Below, piece after piece: positions 1-12,600 of a DNA stretch of 64,000 nucleotides. The stretch covers positions 168,702,001-168,766,000 of the forward strand of contig OZ024742.1 of assembly GCA_964016885.1 (NCBI GenBank), read 5' to 3'. The first letter of the stretch is position 1, and the number at the start of each line of letters is the position of its first letter. Origin of the DNA: Eledone cirrhosa (taxonomy: Eukaryota). The notes below the pieces were generated by a model that saw only the letters and a program-made list of their open reading frames with translations, searched no databases and had not been told where the DNA came from. A program made the position numbers and the translations under genes.

Positions 1-30
1 AATCCATTAAAAAAAATCCATTAAAAAAAA

Positions 31-3000
31 CTCAATCAAAAACCCATAAAAGAAACATTAAAACACAGCATTTAAAAATCCATTAAAAAAATCCATTAAA
101 AAAAATCCATTAAAAAATCCATTAAAAATCCATTAAAAATCCATTAAAAATCCATTTAAAATCCATTAAAAATCCATTAAAAAATTCATTTAAAAAAATC
201 CATTAAAAAAATCCATTAAAAAAATCAATTTAAAAAAATCCATTAAAAATCCATTAAAAAAATCCATTTAAAAAAATCCATTAAAAACCCATTAAAAATC
301 CATTAAAAATCCATTAAAAAATCCATTTAAAAAACCCATTAAAAAAAATCAATTAAAAAAAACCATTTAAAAAATCCATTAAAAAAATCCATTAAAAAAA
401 ACCCATTAAAAAAAATCCATTAAAAAAATCCATTTAAAAAATCCATTAAAAAAAAATCCATTAAAAAAAATCCATAAAAAAATCCATTAAAAAAATCCAT
501 TAAAAAAAAATCCATTAAAAAAAATCCATTAAAAATCCATTAAAAAAATCCATTTAAAAAAATCCATTAAAAAATCCATTAAAAACCCATTAAAAATCCA
601 TTAAAAATCCATTAAAAATCCATTAAAAAATCCATTTAAAAAACCCATTAAAAAAATCCATTAAAAAAATCCATTTAAAAAATCCATTTAAAAAATCCAT
701 TAAAAAAAATCCATTTAAAAAAACCCATTAAAAAAAATCCATTAAAAAAATCCATTTAAAAAATCCATAAAAAAAAATCCATAAAAAAAATCCATTAAAA
801 AAAATCCATTAAAAAAAAAATCCGTTAAAAAAAATCCATTAAAAATCCATTAAAAATCCATTAAAAATCCATTAAAAATCCATTTAAAAAAATCCATTTA
901 AAAAATCCATTAAAAAAATCCATTTAAAAAATCCATTAAAAAAAATCCATTAAAAAAAAATCCATCAAAAAAAATCCATTAAAAAAAATCAATTAAAAAA
1001 AATCCATTAAAAATCCATTAAAAAAATCCATTAAAAACCCATTAAAAATCCATTAAAAATCCATTAAAAAATCCATTTAAAAAACCCATAAAAAAAAATC
1101 CATTAAAAAAAACCCATTAAAAAATCCATTAAAAAAATCCATTTAAAAAATCCATAAAAAAAAATCCATTAAAAAAATCCATAAAAAAATCCATTAAAAA
1201 AATCCATTAAAAAAAAATCCATTAAAAAAAATCCATTAAAAATCCATTAACAAAATCCATTTAAAAAAATCCATTAAAAAATCCATTAAAAACCCATTAA
1301 AAATCCATTAAAAATCCATTAAAAATCCATTAAAAAATCCATTTAAAAAACCATTAAAAAAATCCATTAAAAAAATCCATTTAAAAAATCCATTAAAAAA
1401 ATCCATTTAAAAAACCCATTAAAAAAAACCCATTAAAAAAATCCATTTAAAAAATCCATTAAAAAAATCCATTAAAAAAATCCATAAAAAAAATCCATTA
1501 AAAAAAATCCATTAAAAAAAAATCCGTTAAAAAAAATCCATTAAAAAAAAATCCGTTAAAAAAAATCCATTAAAAGCTCAATCAAAAACCCATTAAAAAC
1601 GCCATAAAAATCATTAAAATCCCATTAAAGATACATTAAAGGCCCATTAAAAACGCGATAAAAAATCCATTAAAAAAAAATCAATCAAAAACCCATAAAA
1701 GAAACATTAAAACAACATTTAAAAAATCCATTAAAAATCCATTAAAAAATCCATTTAAAAAAATCCATTAAAAAAAATCCTTTTAAAAAATCCATTTAAA
1801 AAATCCATTAAAAAAAATCCATTAAAAATATCCATTTAAAAAAAAAGCCATTAAAAAAAATCCATTAAAAAAAATCCATTAAAAATCCATTAAAAATCCA
1901 TTTAAAAAATCCATTAAAAAATCCATTAAAAACCCATTAAAAATCCATTAAAAATCCATTAAAAATCCATTAAAAAATCCATTTAAAAAACCCATTAAAA
2001 AAATCCATTAAAAAAATCCATTTAAAAAATCCATTAAAAAAATCCATTTAAAAAAACCCATTAAAAAAAATCCATTAAAAAAATCCATTTAAAAAATCCA
2101 TTAAAAAAAATCCATAAAAAAATCCATTAAAAACAATCCATTAAAAAAAAATCCGTTAAAAAAAATCCATTAAAAATCCATTAAAAATCCATTAAAACAT
2201 CCATTTAAAAAAATCCATTAAAAAAATCCAAAAAAATCAATTAAAAAAATCCATTAAAAAAAATCCATTAAAAACAAAATCCATTAAAAAAAATCAATTT
2301 AATAAAATCCATTAAAAATCCATTAAAAAAATCCATTAAAAACCCATTAAAAATCCATTAAAAATCCATTAAAAAATCCATTTAAAAAAAGCCATTAAAA
2401 ACCCATTAAAAATCCATTAAAAATCCATTAAAAATCCATTAAAAAATCCATTTAAAAAACCCATTAAAAAAATATATTAAAAAAATCCATTTAAAAAATC
2501 CATTAAAAAAAATCCATTAAAAAAAACCCATTAAAAAAAATCCATTTAAAAAAATCCATTAAAAAATCCATTAAAAACCCATTAAAAATCCATTAAAAAT
2601 CCATTAAAAATCCATTTAAAAAACCCATTAAAAAATCCATTTAAAAAATCCATTAAAAAAAATCCATTTAAAAAAACCCATTAAAAAAAATCCATTAAAA
2701 AACCCATTTAAAAAATCCATTAAAAAAAATCCATTAAAAAAATCCATTAAAAAAATCCATTTAAAAAAATCCATTAAAAAAAATCCGTTAAAAAAAATCC
2801 ATTAAAAATCCATTAAAAATCCATTAAAAATCCATTAAAAATCCATTAAAAAATCCATTTAAAAAAATCCATTAAAAAAATCCATTAAAAAAATCCATTT
2901 AAAAAATCCATTAAAAAAAATCCATTAAAAAAAAATCCATTAAAAAAAATCCATTTAAAAAAATCAATTTAAAAAAATCCATTAAAAATCCATTAAAAAA

Positions 3001-3604
3001 ATCCATTTAAAAAAATCCATTAAAAACCCATTAAAAATCCATTAAAAATCCATTAAAAATCCATTAAAAATCCATTTAAAAAACCCATTAATAAAATTCC
3101 ATTAAAAAAATCCATTTAAAAAATCCATTAAAAAAATCCATTAAAAAAAACCCATTAAAAAAAAATCCATTAAAAAATCCATTTAAAAAATCCATTAAAA
3201 AAAATTCATTAAAAAAAATCCATAAAAAAATCCATTAAAAAAGTCCATTAAAAATCCATTAAAAAAATCCATTTAAAAAAAATCCATTAAAAACCCATTA
3301 AAAATCCATTAAAAATCCATTAAAAAATCCATTAAAAAAAATTCAATCAAAAACCCATAAAAGAAACATTAAAACAGCATTTAAAAAACCCATTAAAAAT
3401 TCATTAAAAAAATCCATTTAAAAAATCCATTAAAAATCCATTAAAAATCCATTAAAAATCCATTAAAAATCCATTAAAAATCTATTAAAAATCCATTAAA
3501 AATCCATTAAAAATCCATTAAAAATCCATTTAAAAAAATCCATTAAAAAAATCCATTAAAAAATCCATTTAAAAAATCCATTAAAAAAAATCCATAAAAA
3601 AAAA
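31..3604. repeat. One complete higher-order repeat unit of satellite A (3574 bp)
   Basis: Landmark CTCAATCAAAAACCCATAAAAGAAACATTAAAACACAGC starts at 31 and again at 3605. The order of internal landmarks (AACAAAAT, GCTCAATC cassette, CCTTTT, AATAAAAT, AAGTCC, TCTATT) repeats in later units. Confidence 0.93.
1576..1660. repeat. Diverged 85 bp landmark cassette of satellite A (first of 14 copies)
   Basis: GCTCAATCAAAAACCCATTAAAAACGCCATAAAAATCATTAAAATCCCATTAAAGATACATTAAAGGCCCATTAAAAACGCGATA. Copies start at 1576, 5174, 9268, 11475, 15288, 17286, 21077, 24662, 28247, 31846, 36026, 38363, 40860 and 44678. Confidence 0.95.
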
Positions 3605-6600
3605 CTCAATCAAAAACCCATAAAAGAAACATTAAAACACAGCATTTAAAAATCCATTAAAAAAATCCATTAAAAAAAATCCATTAAAAAATCCATTAAA
3701 AATCCATTAAAAATCCATTAAAAATCCATTTAAAATCCATTAAAAATCCATTAAAAAATTCATTTAAAAAAATCCATTAAAAAAATCCATTAAAAAAATC
3801 AATTTAAAAAAATCCATTAAAAATCCATTAAAAAAATCCATTTAAAAAAATCCATTAAAAACCCATTAAAAATCCATTAAAAATCCATTAAAAAATCCAT
3901 TTAAAAAACCCATTAAAAAAAATCAATTAAAAAAAACCATTTAAAAAATCCATTAAAAAAATCCATTAAAAAAAACCCATTAAAAAAAATCCATTAAAAA
4001 AATCCATTTAAAAAATCCATTAAAAAAAAATCCATTAAAAAAAATCCATAAAAAAATCCATTAAAAAAATCCATTAAAAAAAAATCCATTAAAAAAAATC
4101 CATTAAAAATCCATTAAAAAAATCCATTTAAAAAAATCCATTAAAAAATCCATTAAAAACCCATTAAAAATCCATTAAAAATCCATTAAAAATCCATTAA
4201 AAAATCCATTTAAAAAACCCATTAAAAAAATCCATTAAAAAAATCCATTTAAAAAATCCATTTAAAAAATCCATTAAAAAAAATCCATTTAAAAAAACCC
4301 ATTAAAAAAAATCCATTAAAAAAATCCATTTAAAAAATCCATAAAAAAAAATCCATAAAAAAAATCCATTAAAAAAAATCCATTAAAAAAAAAATCCGTT
4401 AAAAAAAATCCATTAAAAATCCATTAAAAATCCATTAAAAATCCATTAAAAATCCATTAAAAATCCATTTAAAAAAATCCATTTAAAAAATCCATTAAAA
4501 AAATCCATTTAAAAAATCCATTAAAAAAAATCCATTAAAAAAAAATCCATTAAAAAAAATCCATTAAAAAAAATCAATTAAAAAAAATCCATTAAAAATC
4601 CATTAAAAAAATCCATTTAAAAAAATCCATTAAAAACCCATTAAAAATCCATTAAAAATCCATTAAAAAATCCATTTAAAAAACCCATAAAAAAAAATCC
4701 ATTAAAAAAAACCCATTAAAAAATCCATTAAAAAAATCCATTTAAAAAATCCATAAAAAAAAATCCATTAAAAAAATCCATAAAAAAATCCATTAAAAAA
4801 ATCCATTAAAAAAAATCCATTAAAAAAAATCCATTAAAAATCCATTAACAAAATCCATTTAAAAAAATCCATTAAAAAATCCATTAAAAACCCATTAAAA
4901 ATCCATTAAAAATCCATTAAAAATCCATTAAAAAATCCATTTAAAAAACCATTAAAAAAATCCATTAAAAAAATCCATTTAAAAAATCCATTAAAAAAAT
5001 CCATTTAAAAAACCCATTAAAAAAAACCCATTAAAAAAATCCATTTAAAAAATCCATTAAAAAAATCCATTAAAAAAATCCATAAAAAAAATCCATTAAA
5101 AAAAATCCATTAAAAAAAAATCCGTTAAAAAAAATCCATTAAAAAAAAATCCGTTAAAAAAAATCCATTAAAAGCTCAATCAAAAACCCATTAAAAACGC
5201 CATAAAAATCATTAAAATCCCATTAAAGATACATTAAAGGCCCATTAAAAACGCGATAAAAAATCCATTAAAAAAAAATCAATCAAAAACCCATAAAAGA
5301 AACATTAAAACAACATTTAAAAAATCCATTAAAAATCCATTAAAAAATCCATTTAAAAAAATCCATTAAAAAAAATCCTTTTAAAAAATCCATTTAAAAA
5401 ATCCATTAAAAAAAATCCATTAAAAATATCCATTTAAAAAAAAAGCCATTAAAAAAAATCCATTAAAAAAAATCCATTAAAAATCCATTAAAAATCCATT
5501 TAAAAAATCCATTAAAAAATCCATTAAAAACCCATTAAAAATCCATTAAAAATCCATTAAAAATCCATTAAAAAATCCATTTAAAAAACCCATTAAAAAA
5601 ATCCATTAAAAAAATCCATTTAAAAAATCCATTAAAAAAAATCCATTTAAAAAAACCCATTAAAAAAAATCCATTAAAAAAATCCATTTAAAAAATCCAT
5701 TAAAAAAAATCCATAAAAAAATCCATTAAAAACAATCCATTAAAAAAAAATCCGTTAAAAAAAATCCATTAAAAATCCATTAAAAATCCATTAAAACATC
5801 CATTTAAAAAAATCCATTAAAAAAATCCAAAAAAATCAATTAAAAAAATCCATAAAAAAAAATCCATTAAAAACAAAATCCATTAAAAAAAATCAATTTA
5901 ATAAAATCCATTAAAAATCCATTAAAAAAATCCATTAAAAACCCATTAAAAATCCATTAAAAATCCATTAAAAAATCCATTTAAAAAACCCATTAAAAAA
6001 AATCCATTAAAAAAATCCATTTAAAAAATCCATAAAAAAAAATCCATTAAAAAAAACCCATTAAAAAAAATCCATTAAAAAAATCCATTTAAAAAATCCA
6101 TTAAAAAAAATCCATTAAAAAAAAATCCATAAAAAAATCAATTAAAAAAATCCATTAAAAAAAATCCATTAAAAACAAAATCCATTAAAAAAAATCAATT
6201 TAATAAAATCCATTAAAAATCCATTAAAAAAATCCATTAAAAACCCATTAAAAATCCATTAAAAATCCATTAAAAATCCCTTAAAAATCCATTAAAAATC
6301 CATTAAAAATCCATTAAAAAATCCATTTAAAAAAATCCATTTAAAAAATCAATTAAAAAAATACATTTAAAAAATCCATTTAAAAAATCCATTAAAAAAA
6401 AATCCATTAAAAAAAAATCCATTAAAAAAAAAATCCATTAAAAAAAATCCATTTAAAAAATCCATTAAAAATCCATTAAAAAAATCCATTTAAAAAAAGC
6501 CATTAAAAACCCATTAAAAATCCATTAAAAATCCATTAAAAATCCATTAAAAAATCCATTTAAAAAACCCATTAAAAAAATATATTAAAAAAATCCATTT

Positions 6601-9600
6601 AAAAAATCCATTAAAAAAAATCCATTAAAAAAAACCCATTAAAAAAAATCCATTTAAAAAAATCCATTAAAAAATCCATTAAAAACCCATTAAAAATCCA
6701 TTAAAAATCCATTAAAAATCCATTTAAAAAACCCATTAAAAAATCCATTTAAAAAATCCATTAAAAAAAATCCATTTAAAAAAACCCATTAAAAAAAATC
6801 CATTAAAAAACCCATTTAAAAAATCCATTAAAAAAAATCCATTAAAAAAATCCATTAAAAAAATCCATTTAAAAAAATCCATTAAAAAAAATCCGTTAAA
6901 AAAAATCCATTAAAAATCCATTAAAAATCCATTAAAAATCCATTAAAAATCCATTAAAAAATCCATTTAAAAAAATCCATTAAAAAAATCCATTAAAAAA
7001 ATCCATTTAAAAAATCCATTAAAAAAAATCCATTAAAAAAAAATCCATTAAAAAAAATCCATTTAAAAAAATCAATTTAAAAAAATCCATTAAAAATCCA
7101 TTAAAAAAATCCATTTAAAAAAATCCATTAAAAACCCATTAAAAATCCATTAAAAATCCATTAAAAATCCATTAAAAATCCATTTAAAAAACCCATTAAT
7201 AAAATTCCATTAAAAAAATCCATTTAAAAAATCCATTAAAAAAATCCATTAAAAAAAACCCATTAAAAAAAATCCATTAAAAAATCCATTTAAAAAATCC
7301 ATTAAAAAAAATTCATTAAAAAAAATCCATAAAAAAATCCATTAAAAAAGTCCATTAAAAATCCATTAAAAAAATCCATTTAAAAAAAATCCATTAAAAA
7401 CCCATTAAAAATCCATTAAAAATCCATTAAAAAATCCATTAAAAAAAATTCAATCAAAAACCCATAAAAGAAACATTAAAACAGCATTTAAAAAACCCAT
7501 TAAAAATTCATTAAAAAAATCCATTTAAAAAATCCATTAAAAATCCATTAAAAATCCATTAAAAATCCATTAAAAATCCATTAAAAATCTATTAAAAATC
7601 CATTAAAAATCCATTAAAAATCCATTAAAAATCCATTTAAAAAAATCCATTAAAAAAATCCATTAAAAAATCCATTTAAAAAATCCATTAAAAAAAATCC
7701 ATTAAAAAAAACTCAATCAAAAACCCATAAAAGAAACATTAAAACACAGCATTTAAAAATCCATTAAAAAAATCCATTAAAAAAAATCCATTAAAAAATC
7801 CATTAAAAATCCATTAAAAATCCATTAAAAATCCATTTAAAATCCATTAAAAATCCATTAAAAAATTCATTTAAAAAAATCCATTAAAAAAATCCATTAA
7901 AAAAATCAATTTAAAAAAATCCATTAAAAATCCATTAAAAAAATCCATTTAAAAAAATCCATTAAAAACCCTTTAAAAATCCATTAAAAATCCATTAAAA
8001 AATCCATTTAAAAAACCCATTAAAAAAAATCAATTAAAAAAAACCATTTAAAAAATCCATTAAAAAAATCCATTAAAAAAAACCCATTAAAAAAAATCCA
8101 TTAAAAAAATCCATTTAAAAAATCCATTAAAAAAAAATCCATTAAAAAAAATCCATAAAAAAATCCATTAAAAAAATCCATTAAAAAAAAATCCATTAAA
8201 AAAAATCCATTAAAAATCCATTAAAAAAATCCATTTAAAAAAATCCATTAAAAAATCCATTAAAAACCCATTAAAAATCCATTAAAAATCCATTAAAAAT
8301 CCATTAAAAAATCCATTTAAAAAACCCATTAAAAAAATCCATTAAAAAAATCCATTTAAAAAATCCATTTAAAAAATCCATTAAAAAAAATCCATTTAAA
8401 AAAACCCATTAAAAAAAATCCATTAAAAAAATCCATTTAAAAAATCCATAAAAAAAAATCCATAAAAAAAATCCATTAAAAAAAATCCATTAAAAAAAAA
8501 ATCCGTTAAAAAAAATCCATTAAAAATCCATTAAAAATCCATTAAAAATCCATTAAAAATCCATTAAAAATCCATTTAAAAAAATCCATTTAAAAAATCC
8601 ATTAAAAAAATCCATTTAAAAAATCCATTAAAAAAAATCCATTAAAAAAAAATCCATCAAAAAAAATCCATTAAAAAAAATCAATTAAAAAAAATCCATT
8701 AAAAATCCATTAAAAAAATCCATTAAAAACCCATTCAAAATCCATTAAAAATCCATTAAAAAATCCATTTAAAAAACCCATAAAAAAAAATCCATTAAAA
8801 AAAACCCATTAAAAAATCCATTAAAAAAATCCATTTAAAAAATCCATAAAAAAAAATCCATTAAAAAAATCCATAAAAAAATCCATTAAAAAAATCCATT
8901 AAAAAAAAATCCATTAAAAAAAATCCATTAAAAATCCATTAACAAAATCCATTTAAAAAAATCCATTAAAAAATCCATTAAAAACCCATTAAAAATCCAT
9001 TAAAAATCCATTAAAAATCCATTAAAAAATCCATTTAAAAAACCATTAAAAAAATCCATTAAAAAAATCCATTTAAAAAATCCATTAAAAAAATCCATTT
9101 AAAAAACCCATTAAAAAAAACCCATTAAAAAAATCCATTTAAAAAATCCATTAAAAAAATCCATTAAAAAAATCCATAAAAAAAATCCATTAAAAAAAAT
9201 CCATTAAAAAAAAATCCGTTAAAAAAAATCCATTAAAAAAAAATCCGTTAAAAAAAATCCATTAAAAGCTCAATCAAAAACCCATTAAAAACGCCATAAA
9301 AATCATTAAAATCCCATTAAAGATACATTAAAGGCCCATTAAAAACGCGATAAAAAATCCATTAAAAAAAAATCAATCAAAAACCCATAAAAGAAACATT
9401 AAAACAACATTTAAAAAATCCATTAAAAATCCATTAAAAAATCCATTTAAAAAAATCCATTAAAAAAAATCCTTTTAAAAAATCCATTTAAAAAATCCAT
9501 TAAAAAAAATCCATTAAAAATATCCATTTAAAAAAAAAGCCATTAAAAAAAATCCATTAAAAAAAATCCATTAAAAATCCATTAAAAATCCATTTAAAAA

Positions 9601-12600
9601 ATCCATTAAAAAATCCATTAAAAACCCATTAAAAATCCATTAAAAATCCATTAAAAATCCATTAAAAAATCCATTTAAAAAACCCATTAAAAAAATCCAT
9701 TAAAAAAATCCATTTAAAAAATCCATTAAAAAAAATCCATTTAAAAAAACCCATTAAAAAAAATCCATTAAAAAAATCCATTTAAAAAATCCATTAAAAA
9801 AAATCCATAAAAAAATCCATTAAAAACAATCCATTAAAAAAAAATCCGTTAAAAAAAATCCATTAAAAATCCATTAAAAATCCATTAAAACATCCATTTA
9901 AAAAAATCCATTAAAAAAATCCAAAAAAATCAATTAAAAAAATCCATTAAAAAAAATCCATTAAAAACAAAATCCATTAAAAAAAATCAATTTAATAAAA
10001 TCCATTAAAAATCCATTAAAAAAATCCATTAAAAACCCATTAAAAATCCATTAAAAATCCATTAAAAAATCCATTTAAAAAAAGCCATTAAAAACCCATT
10101 AAAAATCCATTAAAAATCCATTAAAAATCCATTAAAAAATCCATTTAAAAAACCCATTAAAAAAATATATTAAAAAAATCCATTTAAAAAATCCATTAAA
10201 AAAAATCCATTAAAAAAAACCCATTAAAAAAAATCCATTTAAAAAAATCCATTAAAAAATCCATTAAAAACCCATTAAAAATCCATTAAAAATCCATTAA
10301 AAATCCATTTAAAAAACCCATTAAAAAATCCATTTAAAAAATCCATTAAAAAAAATCCATTTAAAAAAACCCATTAAAAAAAATCCATTAAAAAACCCAT
10401 TTAAAAAATCCATTAAAAAAAATCCATTAAAAAAATCCATTAAAAAAATCCATTTAAAAAAATCCATTAAAAAAAATCCGTTAAAAAAAATCCATTAAAA
10501 ATCCATTAAAAATCCATTAAAAATCCATTAAAAATCCATTAAAAAATCCATTTAAAAAAATCCATTAAAAAAAAACCCATTAAAAAAAAATCCATTAAAA
10601 AAATCCATTTAAAAAATCCATTAAAAAAATCCATTAAAAAAAATCCATAAAAAAATCCATTAAAAAAAGTCCATTAAAAAAACCCATTAAAAAAAATCCA
10701 TTAAAAAATCAATTAAAAACCCATTAAAAATCCATTAAAAATCCATTAAAAATCCATTAAAAATCCATTTAAAAAAATCCATTTAAAAAATCCATTAAAA
10801 AAATCCATTTAAAAAATCCATTAAAAAAAATCCATTTAAAAAAAATCCATTAAAAAAAATCCATTAAAAAAAATCAATTTAAAAAAATCCATTAAAAATC
10901 CATTAAAAAAATCCATTTAAAAAAATCCATTAAAAACCCATTAAAAATCCATTAAAAATCCATTAAAAAATCCATTTAAAAAACCCATTAAAAAAAATCC
11001 ATTAAAAAAAACCCATTAAAAAATCCATTAAAAAAATCCATTTAAAAAATCCATAAAAAAAAATCCATTAAAAAAATCCATAAAAAAATCCATTAAAAAA
11101 ATCCATTAAAAAAAAATCCATTAAAAAAAATCCATTAAAAATCCATTAACAAAATCCATTTAAAAAAATCCATTAAAAAATCCATTAAAAACCCATTAAA
11201 AATCCATTAAAAATCCATTAAAAATCCATTAAAAAATCCATTTAAAAAACCATTAAAAAAATCCATTAAAAAAATCCATTTAAAAAATCCATTAAAAAAA
11301 TCCATTTAAAAAACCCATTAAAAAAAACCCATTAAAAAAATCCATTTAAAAAATCCATTAAAAAAAATCCATTAAAAAAATCCATAAAAAAAATCCATTA
11401 AAAAAAATCCATTAAAAAAAAATCCGTTAAAAAAATCCATTAAAAAAAAATCCGTTAAAAAAAATCCATTAAAAGCTCAATCAAAAACCCATTAAAAACG
11501 CCATAAAAATCATTAAAATCCCATTAAAGATACATTAAAGGCCCATTAAAAACGCGATAAAAAATCCATTAAAAAAATCCATTAAAAAAAAATCAATCAA
11601 AAACCCATAAAAGAAACATTAAAACAACATTTAAAAAATCCATTAAAAATCCATTAAAAAATCCATTTAAAAAAATCCATTAAAAAAAATCCTTTTAAAA
11701 AATCCATTTAAAAAATCCATTAAAAAAAATCCATTAAAAATATCCATTTAAAAAAAAAGCCATTAAAAAAAATCCATTAAAAATCCATTAAAAATCCATT
11801 TAAAAAATCCATTAAAAAATCCATTAAAAACCCATTAAAAATCCATTAAAAATCCATTAAAAATCCATTAAAAAATCCATTTAAAAAACCCATTAAAAAA
11901 ATCCATTAAAAAAATCCATTTAAAAAATCCATTAAAAAAAATCCATTTAAAAAAACCCATTAAAAAAAATCCATTAAAAAAATCCATTTAAAAAATCCAT
12001 TAAAAAAAATCCATAAAAAAATCCATTAAAAACAATCCATTAAAAAAAAATCCGTTAAAAAAAATCCATTAAAAATCCATTAAAAATCCATTAAAACATC
12101 CATTTAAAAAAATCCATTAAAAAAATCCAAAAAAATCAATTAAAAAAATCCATTAAAAAAAATCCATTAAAAACAAAATCCATTAAAAAAAATCAATTTA
12201 ATAAAATCCATTAAAAATCCATTAAAAAAATCCATTAAAAACCCATTAAAAATTCATTAAAAATCCATTAAAAATCCCTTAAAAATCCATTAAAAATCCA
12301 TTAAAAATCCATTAAAAAATCCATTTAAAAAAATCCATTAAAAAAATCAATTAAAAAAATACATTTAAAAAATCCATTTAAAAAATCCATTAAAAAAAAA
12401 TCCATTAAAAAAAAATCCATTAAAAAAAAAATCCATTAAAAAAAATCCATTTAAAAAATCCATTAAAAACCCATTAAAAATCCATTAAAAATCCATTAAA
12501 AATCCATTTAAAAAACCCATTAAAAAATCCATTTAAAAAATCCATTAAAAAAAAGCCATTAAAAACCCATTAAAAATCCATTAAAAATCCATTAAAAATC

